Source: an uncultured Nitrospiraceae bacterium (GTDB lineage: Bacteria > Nitrospirota > Thermodesulfovibrionia > Thermodesulfovibrionales > Dissulfurispiraceae). From it: a stretch of 64,000 bases of DNA. A program made the translations under genes and the position numbers. This document shows, one piece after another, positions 1-15,201 of this stretch; the stretch's first letter is position 1, and the number at the start of each line of letters is the position of its first letter. Location of the stretch: positions 160,001 through 224,000 of the forward strand of contig CAVPIW010000014.1 in the NCBI GenBank assembly GCA_963705105.1. Direction: 5' to 3'. Below the pieces are notes generated by a model. That model was not told the DNA's origin. It saw only the letters and a program-made list of their open reading frames with translations, and ran no database searches.

Positions 1-1159
1 CGAGATCGCCCGTATGGTGCCACCCGTTGCGGAACGTGTAGGCATTGTCATCGGGAAGGTTCCAATAGCCCTGAAAGACCATGGGGCCCCGCAACACGAT
101 CTCTCCCGTCTGCCCGTCAGGAACGGGTTGGTCATCATCGTCGACGAGGCGCAGGTCCCCGAGCTGGATGGTCCGGCCCGCGGCGCCGGGTTTGTCATTG
201 TAGGCGCCGACGGTGGCGAGGCAGGATGTCTCGGTCTGCCCGAACATGCAATAGAAGGTCCCCCCGGAAACGTCCTGGTATCTCTCGATGGTTTGCGGCA
301 CGTCGATCCCTATGACGGCCCTGAGCGAGCGGATGCTCTGCCCTGTTTTCTCCTGCTGATCGAGGATGTTGGAAAGGATGGGCGTGAAGTCGAAGAGGAA
401 CGACGCCTTCTTTTCCCCGATGAGGCTCACCGCCCTGGCGGCGTCGAACCTGCTCATGTTCACATTGAGCGCCCCGGCGTGAAAGGCGCTGGTGGCCGTC
501 AGCAGCCCCGCGACGTGAAAAATGGGGAGCAGGTTGAGATGGACGTCCTCAGGCATGATTTTCAGATAATATTTGAAGTGCATGTTCGCACAGAGCACGT
601 TCCCATGGCTGAGCAGGGCGCCTCTCGGCCTCCCGGCGACAGCGGCTGTATGAATAATCACAAAGCCATCAGTCGACGACACTTCGGGCCGTTCGAAGAC
701 GCCGTCGTTCGTCATCAATGTGTCGAAACCGGCAAAACCGTCAGATCCCTCCCTGAGGCTGCAGAAGGTCTTCACCGTCGTCAACTGCCCCCTGCATTCC
801 CGCATCGTCCCGTGGTATTCGGGATCGACAAAGACGCCGGCCGGTTCGCAATCGTTCAGGTTGAAGGCCATTTCATGGGCCGACAACCTCCAGTTCACCG
901 GCAGCATGATGGCGCCGACAGCCGATGACGCCCCGTAGAGGAGGAAGAATTCCAGGCTGTTCTTGCCCAGGACGCCAATCCGGTCCCCCTGGCGGATGCC
1001 GATCTTCTGAAGGCCGCAGGCGAGGCGGTCGACTTGCTCCTTGTACTGCCCAAAAGTGAGTTCGCGGCCGTCGTCTGCCTCGAACCATGCGGGCCTGTCC
1101 CTGTGGATAACAGCGTTCCTGCTGATGATATCGTAAAACGTCAGATCATAGAGTCCCAT
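1..1159 (-). CDS. AMP-binding acyl-CoA synthetase / long-chain fatty acid-CoA ligase (3' end outside window; not in ORF track)
   Basis: Manual translation from ATG at 1159: MGLYDLTFYDIISRNA...GDRIGVLGKNSLEF...AIMLPVNWRL...IIHTAAVAGRPRGALLSHGN (variant AMP-binding loop). GAGGT RBS upstream. Confidence 0.85.
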   Translation of the reverse strand, partial: MGLYDLTFYDIISRNAVIHRDRPAWFEADDGRELTFGQYKEQVDRLACGLQKIGIRQGDRIGVLGKNSLEFFLLYGASSAVGAIMLPVNWRLSAHEMAFNLNDCEPAGVFVDPEYHGTMRECRGQLTTVKTFCSLREGSDGFAGFDTLMTNDGVFERPEVSSTDGFVIIHTAAVAGRPRGALLSHGNVLCANMHFKYYLKIMPEDVHLNLLPIFHVAGLLTATSAFHAGALNVNMSRFDAARAVSLIGEKKASFLFDFTPILSNILDQQEKTGQSIRSLRAVIGIDVPQTIERYQDVSGGTFYCMFGQTETSCLATVGAYNDKPGAAGRTIQLGDLRLVDDDDQPVPDGQTGEIVLRGPMVFQGYWNLPDDNAYTFRNGWHHTGDL

Positions 1160-1174
1160 GGATCAACCTCGCTT

Positions 1175-1377
1175 TACCTTATCGTTGCATGCGCTTTCCG
1201 GAAAGGAGGGGTGTATGTGCCGAAAACCTTGCTGCGGCGACACCTTAACCGTCACAGAGGACGGTGGTTCAAGCTGATGTCTGAAAAAGTGAGCCCTTTA
1301 CTGACACTCACACTGTCACTGACACTGTCTTTCAGAGGCGCTTCGCCCCTCCTTTCCATGCAAACGAACACGGTTTA
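1175..1377 (+). repeat. Modular MITE-like repeat, copy 1
   Basis: TACCTTATCGTTGCA..GGAAAGGAGGGG..CCGAAAACCTTGCTGCGGCGACACC..CTGACACTCACACTGTCACTGACACTG..GCGCTTCGCCCC, shared with other copies. Confidence 0.85.
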
Positions 1378-3801
<2,424 letters not shown>

Positions 3802-4014
3802 TCACCGTTCACAATTCAAGGTTCGAGGTTCACTCACACAAAGCGAATAAGTCATATGAGACCTATTTATATGTCATATAGGACCTATTATTATATCACT
3901 ATTGACCGTTTTCTGACGGATGGGCCTTCTGCGGCAGTATACGCGTGCCGGGGCAGAGCATTCAGGCATGCCGCAACGAGAGATCTTTTCCTGCGGCCGG
4001 AGCCGGTCAGTCCC

Positions 4015-5127
4015 TCACAGCCTCATCGGCATGATGAGGCACCTGTAATCGTCCCTCCCCTCCTCGGTGAGAATCGTCGAGCTGAGGGGATCGTTGAGCC
4101 GGAGCATGACGTTGTCGGCGCTCATGACATTCAGGGCATCGAGGATGTACCGGGCGTTGAAGGCGATCGTCATCGGCTCCGCACCATAGGACACGGCAAT
4201 TTCATCCTTCGCTTCTCCCATGTCCGGGTGCGATGCCGCTATGGTCATTGAATCAGCCGCAATGTCGACCCTGACAGCGTTGCTCCGCTCCCTGCTCATG
4301 ACGGAAACCCTGCGGAGAGACTTGGAGAGAACATTCCGGTCAACGGTGAGGATCTTGTCGCAGCTCTGGGGAATGACCTGTTCGTAATTCGGATAAATTC
4401 CCTCGATAAGCCGGGCCAGGAAAGACAGGTCCTTCACCCGAAAGAGGACGTGGTTGACTCCGACGGACATCTCGACAGCCGACGAATCGTCCGGCAGGAA
4501 CCTCCTCAGCTCGGCGGCGGTCCTCCGGGAGATGATGAGCTTTCGTTCGCCCTGCACGGTCATCTTTGAAAATTTGCCGGCCTCTCTCTCGATCAGCGCC
4601 AGTCTGTGGCCGTCCGTTCCCACGACGCACAGGACGCCTTCGGGCCTGAAGTGGAAGAGCAGACCGTTTAACACATATCTCGTGTCCGATTCTCCCGCCG
4701 CGTAGAGGGTACGTTCGATGATGTCGAGCAGTTCCGACGATGGAAGAGTCAGCTCCTCGGGGTTATCGATCACCGGCCAGACGGGGTACTCGTCGGCATT
4801 GAGGCAGGCAAGGCGGAAGAAGCTCTTTCCGCTCTGCACGCGCAGCCAGTTGCCGTCCTCCGATTCCAGAGCGACGTCGTCTTCCATTTCCCGGACGATC
4901 TCAAAAAGCTTGCGTGCAGGTATGCAGAGGTTGCCTCCTTCGCCGACGGAGAGTTCAATGGGCTCCCTGAAGGCCGTCTCAAGGTCCGTCGCGGTGATCG
5001 ACGACCCGTCCGGGGAGGCCGCAAGAAGGAAATGGCTCAAAATAGGCATGGTGTTTTTCTTCTCGACGATATTCTGTATATCAGAGAGTTTCCTCTGCAA
5101 TTCTTCCCTGCCGACAGTCGCTTTCAT
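4015..5127 (-). CDS. dnaN: DNA polymerase III beta clamp
   Basis: ATDLE, TDGHRLA, C-terminal LIMPMRL; lies between dnaA and gyrB. Confidence 0.97.
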   Translation of the reverse strand: MKATVGREELQRKLSDIQNIVEKKNTMPILSHFLLAASPDGSSITATDLETAFREPIELSVGEGGNLCIPARKLFEIVREMEDDVALESEDGNWLRVQSGKSFFRLACLNADEYPVWPVIDNPEELTLPSSELLDIIERTLYAAGESDTRYVLNGLLFHFRPEGVLCVVGTDGHRLALIEREAGKFSKMTVQGERKLIISRRTAAELRRFLPDDSSAVEMSVGVNHVLFRVKDLSFLARLIEGIYPNYEQVIPQSCDKILTVDRNVLSKSLRRVSVMSRERSNAVRVDIAADSMTIAASHPDMGEAKDEIAVSYGAEPMTIAFNARYILDALNVMSADNVMLRLNDPLSSTILTEEGRDDYRCLIMPMRL

Positions 5128-5139
5128 GTTGTCCTCCGC

Positions 5140-6474
5140 TTAGATCCCTTTGATGCGGCCTATGATAACCTCTATGACCCTGTTGAGGTTGTCGTCTCTG
5201 CTCCTCTTGTCCTCTATCTGCTTGCAGGCATAAATGACCGTTGCGTGGTCCTTGCCTCCGAAACCGGCCCCGATTTCACTGAGCGACAGCTGCGTGAGCT
5301 GCTTCGTTATGTACATCGCCACCTGGCGGGCATTCGCAATCTCCTTTGTCCTTTTCTTCGTCTTCAGATCGAGAAACCTGATACCGTAATACTCACTGAT
5401 GACTTTCTGTATATAGTCGACAGTGATCGCCTTCTCCTCCTCAGAGATCACGTCCTTCAGCACATTTTTTGTCATGCTGATATCGATGGGCTGGCCTGTA
5501 AGGGACGCATGAGCGCCAAGCTTAATGAGGCACCCCTCCAGTTCCCGGATGTTCGATTTTACTTTTTTTGCAATAAAATAGGCGACGTCTTCGGGTATCT
5601 TCAGTCCCTCCATGTCCGCCTTCTTATAGATAATCGCCACCTTGGTCTCTATCTCCGGTGGCTGAATATCGGCGATGAGACCCATGCTGAACCTCGACCG
5701 CAGCCTGTCCGTTATATCGGATATTTCCAGCGGCGCCCTGTCGCTTGATATGACGATCTGGCGCTGCTTTTCATAGAGAGCGTTGAAGGTGTGGAAAAAT
5801 TCCTCCTGCGTCGTCGTTTTTCCGGCGATGAACTGTATGTCATCAACGAGAAGGATATCGGCATTCCGGTATTTGTCCTTGAATTCGGCCATCCTTTCAT
5901 GGCGGATGGCCGAGATGACCTCGTTGGTGAACTGCTCCGCAGAGATATAGTAAGCCGTGATGTCCGGGCTTCTGTCAACGATTGTGTTGCCGATGGCATT
6001 CATGATGTGTGTCTTGCCGAGGCCGACGCCTCCGTATATGAAAAGGGGATTATAGGCGGACCCGGGATTTTCACAGACTCTCTTGGCGGCGGCATGCACG
6101 AACTGGTTGGAAGGTCCCACCACGAAGGTATCGAACGTATACTTAGGGTTGAGGAATATCCCTCTCGTCGCCAGCTTCGTCCTTCTGTTTTCGAGTCTTG
6201 AATCGAGTCTCCTCAGTACGATATCCTCTTTGCCGGAAATCTTGTACTTTACGGTCACAGGATTTCCGACGATACCTTCCAGGGTCTCTCCGATGATGTT
6301 CGGATAGTAATCCTCTATCCATTCTTTAAAAAACCTGTTCGGAATCTCTATGGTAGCGACCCGTTCCTTCAGGTTCAGAAACTTCATCGGCTTGAACCAG
6401 AGCTCAAAGAGGCGCTCTCCGACTTTTTCGGCTATCCGCGGCAGACTCTTTTCCCAGATATCGTCACTGACCAA
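5140..6474 (-). CDS. dnaA: Chromosomal replication initiator DnaA
   Basis: NPKYTFDTFVVG, YNPLFIYGGVGLGKTH, DDIQF, QEEFFHTFN, GGKDHATV; TTG start. Confidence 0.98.
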   Translation of the reverse strand: MVSDDIWEKSLPRIAEKVGERLFELWFKPMKFLNLKERVATIEIPNRFFKEWIEDYYPNIIGETLEGIVGNPVTVKYKISGKEDIVLRRLDSRLENRRTKLATRGIFLNPKYTFDTFVVGPSNQFVHAAAKRVCENPGSAYNPLFIYGGVGLGKTHIMNAIGNTIVDRSPDITAYYISAEQFTNEVISAIRHERMAEFKDKYRNADILLVDDIQFIAGKTTTQEEFFHTFNALYEKQRQIVISSDRAPLEISDITDRLRSRFSMGLIADIQPPEIETKVAIIYKKADMEGLKIPEDVAYFIAKKVKSNIRELEGCLIKLGAHASLTGQPIDISMTKNVLKDVISEEEKAITVDYIQKVISEYYGIRFLDLKTKKRTKEIANARQVAMYITKQLTQLSLSEIGAGFGGKDHATVIYACKQIEDKRSRDDNLNRVIEVIIGRIKGI

Positions 6475-6879
6475 AACTATTTTCTCCGTGAAGAGGACGG
6501 GTGTTTCGGATGATTTTTTACTCTATTTGTGAACAAGTTACTAACAATTGTTAATAACCTCGTCTCCGTTTCCAGCACATTATAGCCTATCGGTGAAGAG
6601 GAGGGCAAATAACATGTGAAGTATTTTTTAAGTCCTCCCCGAATGCCCCGGCGCGTACTCCACCATAATAGAAAGTCATTCTTCCTACCCTCATAACTAA
6701 TTGTTTATTTTATTAATTTTAAGATTTCAAACAATTGAACAGCGCCTACTAACTCGACTATCTTTTTATTACTAAAAGATAATAGTAGAGACTCTTTCAA
6801 AAATGAATCGGTACATAAAATATAGCCGCAAACCGGAGTGTACGTGTTTCTTTTTTTATGCGACGATTATGAGCCGCTT
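6475..6879. other. Probable replication origin (oriC)
   Basis: AT-rich intergenic region next to dnaA. Degenerate DnaA-box-like 9-mers at 6528-6536, 6538-6546 and 6549-6557; box-GC spacer-trio-like tract at 6725-6765. Confidence 0.65.
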
Positions 6880-8011
6880 TTACTCCTGCCCGGAATGAAC
6901 ATGCCTCATGCTTTTTACGGATCTCAGGTATCCCTCGATGAAGACGTCTATGTCTCCATCGAGGACGGCATCGACATTACCGACCTCGATGCCGGTCCTG
7001 TGGTCCTTGACGAGACGGTAGGGTTGCAACACATAGGAGCGGATCTGGTTACCCCAGGAAATGTCCTTCTTGTCACCGGCGAAGTCCTCCATCTTCTTCT
7101 CTCTTTCCTTCTGCTGCAGATCGTAGAGCCTGGATCTCAGGATCTTCATCGCCATCTCCCTGTTTCTGTGCTGGGAGCGTTCGCTTTGGCAGGCGACGAT
7201 GATGCCGGAAGGCATATGGGTGATTCTGACGGCCGATGATACCTTATTGACGTGCTGGCCCCCCGCTCCGGACGAACGGAAGGTATCGAGCTTGATATCC
7301 TCATCCCTGATGTCGATGGCGCCGTCCTCTGCAATTTCAGGATAGACGAGGACTGCGGAGAATGAGGTATGCCGTCTCTTGTTCGCATCGAAGGGAGAAA
7401 TCCTCACGAGGCGATGGATGCCTGCTTCGGTCTTCATATAGCCATAGGCATAGGGACCCTCGATGGAAAAGGTGACGGACTTGATCCCCGCTTCCTCGGC
7501 CATCTGGAGATCCATGACCTCGGACTTGAAGCCGCGCCGTTCACACCACTTCAGATACATCTTCATGAGCATCTCGGCCCAGTCCATACTCTCGATGCCG
7601 CCTGCACCGGGATGGATCATGACGATGGCGTTGTTTCTGTCCACATCTCCCGAGAGGAGCAGCCTGAGTTCGATATCATCGAGATAATTGCGAAGTCCCG
7701 TCAGTTCGCGATTGATCTCTTCGAAGAAGATTTCACCTTCATCTTCATTGAGAATGGAGAGGGATTCATCGAGATATGTGACCTTCTCGGAGGCAAAATC
7801 GAGGGGGATGATAAGATCCTGGATGGAGGATTTCTTTTTTTGAAGGTCTCTCAGTTTTTCGGCCGATGACCAGACGTCTTCTTTGGAAAGGTCATCGTCG
7901 ATTCGTGACAGCTCGGCTTTGAGTCCGTCGATATCAAAGATAACCTCTGAGAGAGAGAACGCGTTCCTTGAGTTCCGCCAGCGAATCCTTCAATTCATTC
8001 TGAAGAAGCAT
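6880..8011 (-). CDS. prfB: Peptide chain release factor 2, with +1 programmed frameshift
   Basis: ATG at 8011 (MLLQNELK...RGYL), then AGAGGT TAT CTT TGA T (CTTTGA at 7939-7934). The +1 frame continues DIDGLKAEL... into the SPF and GGQ motifs. Confidence 0.95.
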
Positions 8012-8013
8012 TT

Positions 8014-9606
8014 TTAACCTCCTGACGGGGCTTTCCACTGTCTGCTTCCCATGATCATGAACAACGAGCAGAGAATACAGAAATAGGAGAAGATGTCCCC
8101 GTATTTTGTGTAAACAGTAAGAGTTGTATTCGTATGTATCTCCCCGGAGAGAAAAGTCCTCTCAAAGAGACCGATCGTTTTTACAATCCTGCCGCGGCTG
8201 TCGATGAAACCGGAAATGCCCGAATTTGCCGCCCTCACGACAGGCTTTCTGTTTTCCACGGCCCTGAAGACGGCCATGCTGAAATGCTGATAAGGTCCAT
8301 TGGTCCGTCCGAACCAGGCGTCGTTCGTCACGGTGACGATGAAGTCCCCTCCGTGGGGATAGGACTTGCGGACCAGTCCCGGGAAAATGATTTCATAGCA
8401 AATATGAACGCCGAAGCTGCCAAAGGGTGTTATTGCTCTTGTATGGCTTTCTCCCGGAACATAGTCACCGATTCCGTACACGAGCTTGTCGATGAAGAAG
8501 AGGAGCGACCGGAGCGGGACATATTCACCAAACGGCACTAAGTGAATTTTATCATATATATACGATACTTTTCCATCCCGAGTCAGGAGCACGGCGCTGT
8601 TGGTGAAGGTGCTCTTCCTGTCGACGGAGGTGTCGTCACCCTTCGGCCTGCTTTCCAGTATGCTCCCGAAGAGAAGGTATGCATTCATCTGACGCTGGAA
8701 GGCCAGGAAGTCTTCCGTCGGTTTGCGGTCGGCCATAAAGATGAAGGGAAGAGCCGTTTCAGGCCAGATGACGAGATGGGGAGTGTCATTCCTGACGGCT
8801 GTCCTGGTCAGATCGAGATACACGGAAAGGACCTGTTTCTGGTAGGAGGGGTTCCACTTCATGTCCTGCTCAATGTTGCCCTGGATGAGAGAGACTTTCA
8901 CAGTCGTGCCCGGCTGTTCATCCATCAGCCTCGCCATCCCGTACGCAAGGGACAGGAGCAGTACGGCAGCGAGGACAGCGAAGCCTGAAAGAGTGGGAAG
9001 ACGGGAAAAGAGGGGCCGGTCCTCCATTCTCCTCCGGAGAAGAAAGGCGTCGGCGATAGCCCCGCTGAAAGAGACGATGAGGAAGGAGATGCCATAAATG
9101 CCCGTTATATCGGCAATTTGGATCATGGGGAGAAAGGCATGCTGGCTGTATCCCAGGCTTGACCAGGGGAAACCCGTAAATGCATAGGACCGGACGAATT
9201 CGAGGGTCGTCCAGAAAGCGGGCGCAACGATGAGGGCCGGCAGGTTCGTCCGTGCGATCGTCTGTGAAAACAGCAGGGAGAAGACGGCCGTGTATACACT
9301 CAGACACAGGCACAGCAACAGGACGATGACGAGGCTCGGTATGAAAGGGATGGAGCCGTAATGGTGGATGGAATGATAGATCCAGTATGTGGTCGAGAAG
9401 AAATAGACGATGCCGAAGATAAATCCCGACGACAGGGCCTGTCGTTTTTCCGCCCCGTAGAGGGAGACGAGAAGGGGAACGAGCGAAACCCAGGCCAGGG
9501 GGTAAAGATCGATCGTCGGGAAGGACAGAAAAAGGAGCAGGCCCGACAGGAGCGCCGGCCAGAAGGACAGAAAAAAATCGGTTATATATGTATATATTTT
9601 ATTCAA
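8014..9606 (-). CDS. lnt: Apolipoprotein N-acyltransferase
   Basis: Multiple TM segments; GFPW..LGYSQ, IWPETA, KIHLVPFGEYVP, ICYEIIF, TNDAWFG. Confidence 0.95.
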   Translation of the reverse strand: MNKIYTYITDFFLSFWPALLSGLLLFLSFPTIDLYPLAWVSLVPLLVSLYGAEKRQALSSGFIFGIVYFFSTTYWIYHSIHHYGSIPFIPSLVIVLLLCLCLSVYTAVFSLLFSQTIARTNLPALIVAPAFWTTLEFVRSYAFTGFPWSSLGYSQHAFLPMIQIADITGIYGISFLIVSFSGAIADAFLLRRRMEDRPLFSRLPTLSGFAVLAAVLLLSLAYGMARLMDEQPGTTVKVSLIQGNIEQDMKWNPSYQKQVLSVYLDLTRTAVRNDTPHLVIWPETALPFIFMADRKPTEDFLAFQRQMNAYLLFGSILESRPKGDDTSVDRKSTFTNSAVLLTRDGKVSYIYDKIHLVPFGEYVPLRSLLFFIDKLVYGIGDYVPGESHTRAITPFGSFGVHICYEIIFPGLVRKSYPHGGDFIVTVTNDAWFGRTNGPYQHFSMAVFRAVENRKPVVRAANSGISGFIDSRGRIVKTIGLFERTFLSGEIHTNTTLTVYTKYGDIFSYFCILCSLFMIMGSRQWKAPSGG

Positions 9607-9655
9607 GCAACAATGCGTATTGCAGGGTCTGCTCCCCGAGCAGTCCGCTTCCTCT

Positions 9656-9692
9656 ATGCCCGGTCCTTCGGGGAACGGCCCCTACACGATTC
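9656..9692. repeat. Free-standing GTAG-type REP-like hairpin
   Basis: GGTCCTTCGGGGAACGGCCCCTACACGATT, same unit as 33126-33150 and 35476-35500. Confidence 0.6.
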
Positions 9693-9897
9693 TATCCCGT
9701 GTAGTATCTTTAGAGTGTACTATAGCAATATGGATACCATACCGTCGATCACATCACAACAGGAACAGGTCCTGAAAGATGCTTTCCGGGGCCTTTACAA
9801 AGCTATGGTAAGTGTGTCACCGGCTCAACGCTATGTCTGTCTTTTCAGACAATGGCAGAACGAATAATGCCGGGAAATATGTTATCATAAATCAGCT

Positions 9898-12353
<2,456 letters not shown>

Positions 12354-12388
12354 GAAGGGACCGGTCATTCATCAGAGGCAAGGAGAAG

Positions 12389-12946
12389 ATGGAGAAGAGA
12401 AAAAGAATCGTCTTTCTCGGTGATTCACTGACGGAGTGGTTTGATTGGATCGGATATTTCCCCGAATACGAGGTGCTCAATCTCGGCGTGTCAGGGGAGC
12501 GGGTCGAGGAGCTTCTCGATCGTCTCGACAGGATCCACGCGCGCATCGATGAGCCGGATATCCTGTTCATCATGACGGGCATCAACAACATCGCCATGGA
12601 TGACTATGAGATAACCGGCTACTACCGGGCCGTCATCGAGCGCCTCACGTCGTGGTACCCGCGGACGATGATCGTGATCCAGAGCCTTCTGCCCGTTGAT
12701 CTGCACTGGATAGACAACGGCATCATCAACGGCCTAAACCTGTCCCTTCAGGGCATCGCCGACGCCTTCAGGACGGAATACCTGAATGTTTACAGTCATT
12801 TCGTCAACCAGGAGGGCCGCCTCATCCCCGCGTATCTCCTCGATGACGGCGTTCATATCAGCGACGAGGGATACAGGGTCTGGGCAAGCGTTGTGGCGGC
12901 CTATCTCGCCGCCCTGAGGGAGCGTCCTGAGTGCCCGCCGGCGTAA
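12389..12946 (+). CDS. SGNH/GDSL hydrolase
   Basis: FLGDSLT, GIN N, DGVH blocks. Confidence 0.85.
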   Translation: MEKRKRIVFLGDSLTEWFDWIGYFPEYEVLNLGVSGERVEELLDRLDRIHARIDEPDILFIMTGINNIAMDDYEITGYYRAVIERLTSWYPRTMIVIQSLLPVDLHWIDNGIINGLNLSLQGIADAFRTEYLNVYSHFVNQEGRLIPAYLLDDGVHISDEGYRVWASVVAAYLAALRERPECPPA

Positions 12947-12950
12947 CAGC

Positions 12951-13118
12951 CGTTGTCTCCGGGAAGGCAGATATGGTTCAAAGCCTTTCAACCTTTGCCT
13001 TCCCATGCAGACCATTTCAGGACAACGGCTGAAAAAAGGGAGAACCTTTTTGCTGACACGCGCACTGTCACTGACACTGTTTTCAAGAGCGCTTCGCCCC
13101 GTCTTTTCATTCAGGGTA
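12951..13118 (+). repeat. Modular MITE-like repeat, degenerate copy 2
   Basis: CTGACACGCGCACTGTCACTGACACTG..GCGCTTCGCCCCGTCTTTTCATTCAGGGTA. Confidence 0.75.
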
Positions 13119-13136
13119 TAATAAGACAATGACTCA

Positions 13137-15200
13137 ATGATTCTCTGGGGAGGGAACGTGATTGCTGTCATTCTTGCTGTTGTTCTGATGCTCATTTCCG
13201 CTTTGCCCGTTTTTTGCCAGTCCCACCGGCCGGCAATGAAGGAGGGTGTACACCCCCGTGTCCACGGGATGCTCTCCCGTCTTGAACGGGAAACGCTTAC
13301 GAAGGGGCCTTTCCACGGGGACATGTTCGCCCGGCAGCGGGGCATGCGGACGGCGGGACAGGACAACGTGACGGTGTTCCTCTATGCCGATCCGGGCCTG
13401 TCGGCCGAATCGATCGACAGGGCGGGCCTGCGTCTCCACGGCGCCGAGGTGATCAAGAGCTCCGGCAATGTGATGAAAGCGAGAGTGCCGGCCGGGAAGA
13501 TCACCGCCATAGCGGAAACCGTCGGGGGGGTATCGTTCGTCGGCCTTCCTGACAGTCAATATACAGAGGCGATTTCGAGCGAGGGTGTCGGTCTGACCGG
13601 AGCGGACGGGTATCGCGCCACGGGCTCTGACGGAGCCGGTGTGAAAGTCTGTGTCATCGATGTGGGGTTCTCCGGCCTGGCCGACGCAATCCAGGCAGGT
13701 GAGTTTCCGAACCGGATCTTTGCCTACGATTGCTCCGGAACGGCCTGTTCATCCCGGGCCCCCCAGGAGATCTTTGCCGATACGACACGCCACGGCACGG
13801 CCGTGGCCGAAATCATCAGCGATATGGCGCCGGGCGCCGATCTCTATCTCATCAAGACCGATGACTCCATTGACCTCGTCGATGCGAAGGATCTCTGCAT
13901 TTCCCAGGGCGGCCGGATCGTGAATCACTCGGCATCTTTCCGGAACGTCAACTTCCTCGGCGGAGAGTGCTACAACAGGAACCCCGTCTGCACCGTCGAT
14001 GATGCCTTCTCCAGGGGCGTTCTCTGGGTGAACGCCGCCGGCAACTATGGCCAGAGCCACTACACGGCTGTATTCTCCGATACCGACGGAGACGGCCTGC
14101 ATAATGTGACGGGTGGAAGCAACTGCATCGGATTTTTTGCAGGAGCATTCACGGAGGTGGACGTCTTTGTCGCCTGGGACGGCTGGCCGGTGACGGACCA
14201 GGACTATGACCTGTACCTGCTGGACAGCTCCGGCAACGCAATCGATGCGAGCCTGGGCATCCAGACGGGCATCCAGCCCCCGACGGAGGAGCTCTTCAGC
14301 ATTGTGCCGCGCACGGGTTTTTATTGCATCGCCATCGATAAATATTCAGCAAACAGGAATCACTCGTTCATGGTCGTGACGCCCGGCATAGACCTGTCGC
14401 CGAATGTGCCGCAGACCAGCCTCGGCTCTCCTGCCGACGCCCGGGGTGCGCTGTCCGTGGGCGCTCTCTCCGTCTCCGCCTGGACGACGGGGCCCGTCGC
14501 CGGCTACAGCTCTCAGGGACCGACCCGTGACGGGAGGCTGAAACCGGAAATCGTCGCGCCGACGTCGGTGTCGACCTTTTCTTTCGGATCGGAACCCTTT
14601 GCCGGGACAAGCTCCTCGGCGCCGTACGTGGCGGGAGCCGCGGCGCTCATTCTCTCCGGAAACCCCGGCTATACGGCCGCCCAGTTGAGGGAGGCCCTTC
14701 TCGCATCAGCCCTGGACATGGATTTGCCGGGTCAGGACAACATATCCGGCTACGGACGGCTGAATTTGCAGCCGGTCTTGCCTGTCCCTCTCGGACAAAA
14801 GAGATTGCCGTACGCACCGGAGGTCCAACCTGTGAACAATACCGTACCGGAACAGGCGAAACCCCTGTCGGTCGGCGCAGTGGCGCAGGCGGGGGCGACG
14901 CTGAATCTGCGCATAAGCTTCCTGCCCTTCACGGGGGCGGTCGATATATACGTGGCTCTTTTTGCTCCGGCCGTGTCCCCGGACCTCTTTCTCATCCATC
15001 CCGATCTTCTGCCCCGGCCCGCCTCGCAGGGAGTGGTGCCATGGAGGGCGGGCACAAGAGGACCCGTCAATGAGTCTCTGTACGGGGACATCGCTGTCAG
15101 GAGCCTGCCGCCGGGAAGGTATGAGGTGCTTGTGGCCGTGACTCCCGCCGGTAAGACGGACAGCTATGTCCTGTGGGATACTTTCTTTGATGTCCCCTGA
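13137..15200 (+). CDS. Secreted S8 (subtilisin-like) serine peptidase
   Basis: Signal-like N-terminus; VIDVG, HGTAVA, AAGN, GTSSSAP catalytic motifs. Confidence 0.9.
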   Translation: MILWGGNVIAVILAVVLMLISALPVFCQSHRPAMKEGVHPRVHGMLSRLERETLTKGPFHGDMFARQRGMRTAGQDNVTVFLYADPGLSAESIDRAGLRLHGAEVIKSSGNVMKARVPAGKITAIAETVGGVSFVGLPDSQYTEAISSEGVGLTGADGYRATGSDGAGVKVCVIDVGFSGLADAIQAGEFPNRIFAYDCSGTACSSRAPQEIFADTTRHGTAVAEIISDMAPGADLYLIKTDDSIDLVDAKDLCISQGGRIVNHSASFRNVNFLGGECYNRNPVCTVDDAFSRGVLWVNAAGNYGQSHYTAVFSDTDGDGLHNVTGGSNCIGFFAGAFTEVDVFVAWDGWPVTDQDYDLYLLDSSGNAIDASLGIQTGIQPPTEELFSIVPRTGFYCIAIDKYSANRNHSFMVVTPGIDLSPNVPQTSLGSPADARGALSVGALSVSAWTTGPVAGYSSQGPTRDGRLKPEIVAPTSVSTFSFGSEPFAGTSSSAPYVAGAAALILSGNPGYTAAQLREALLASALDMDLPGQDNISGYGRLNLQPVLPVPLGQKRLPYAPEVQPVNNTVPEQAKPLSVGAVAQAGATLNLRISFLPFTGAVDIYVALFAPAVSPDLFLIHPDLLPRPASQGVVPWRAGTRGPVNESLYGDIAVRSLPPGRYEVLVAVTPAGKTDSYVLWDTFFDVP

Positions 15201-15201
15201 C

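Noticed and set aside
14..928. 304-aa plus-strand ORF
   Set aside because: Antisense shadow of the acyl-CoA synthetase on the minus strand.
1102..1110. Perfect DnaA box (TGTGGATAA)
   Set aside because: Single copy inside a CDS, 5 kb from the origin candidate; compatible with chance.
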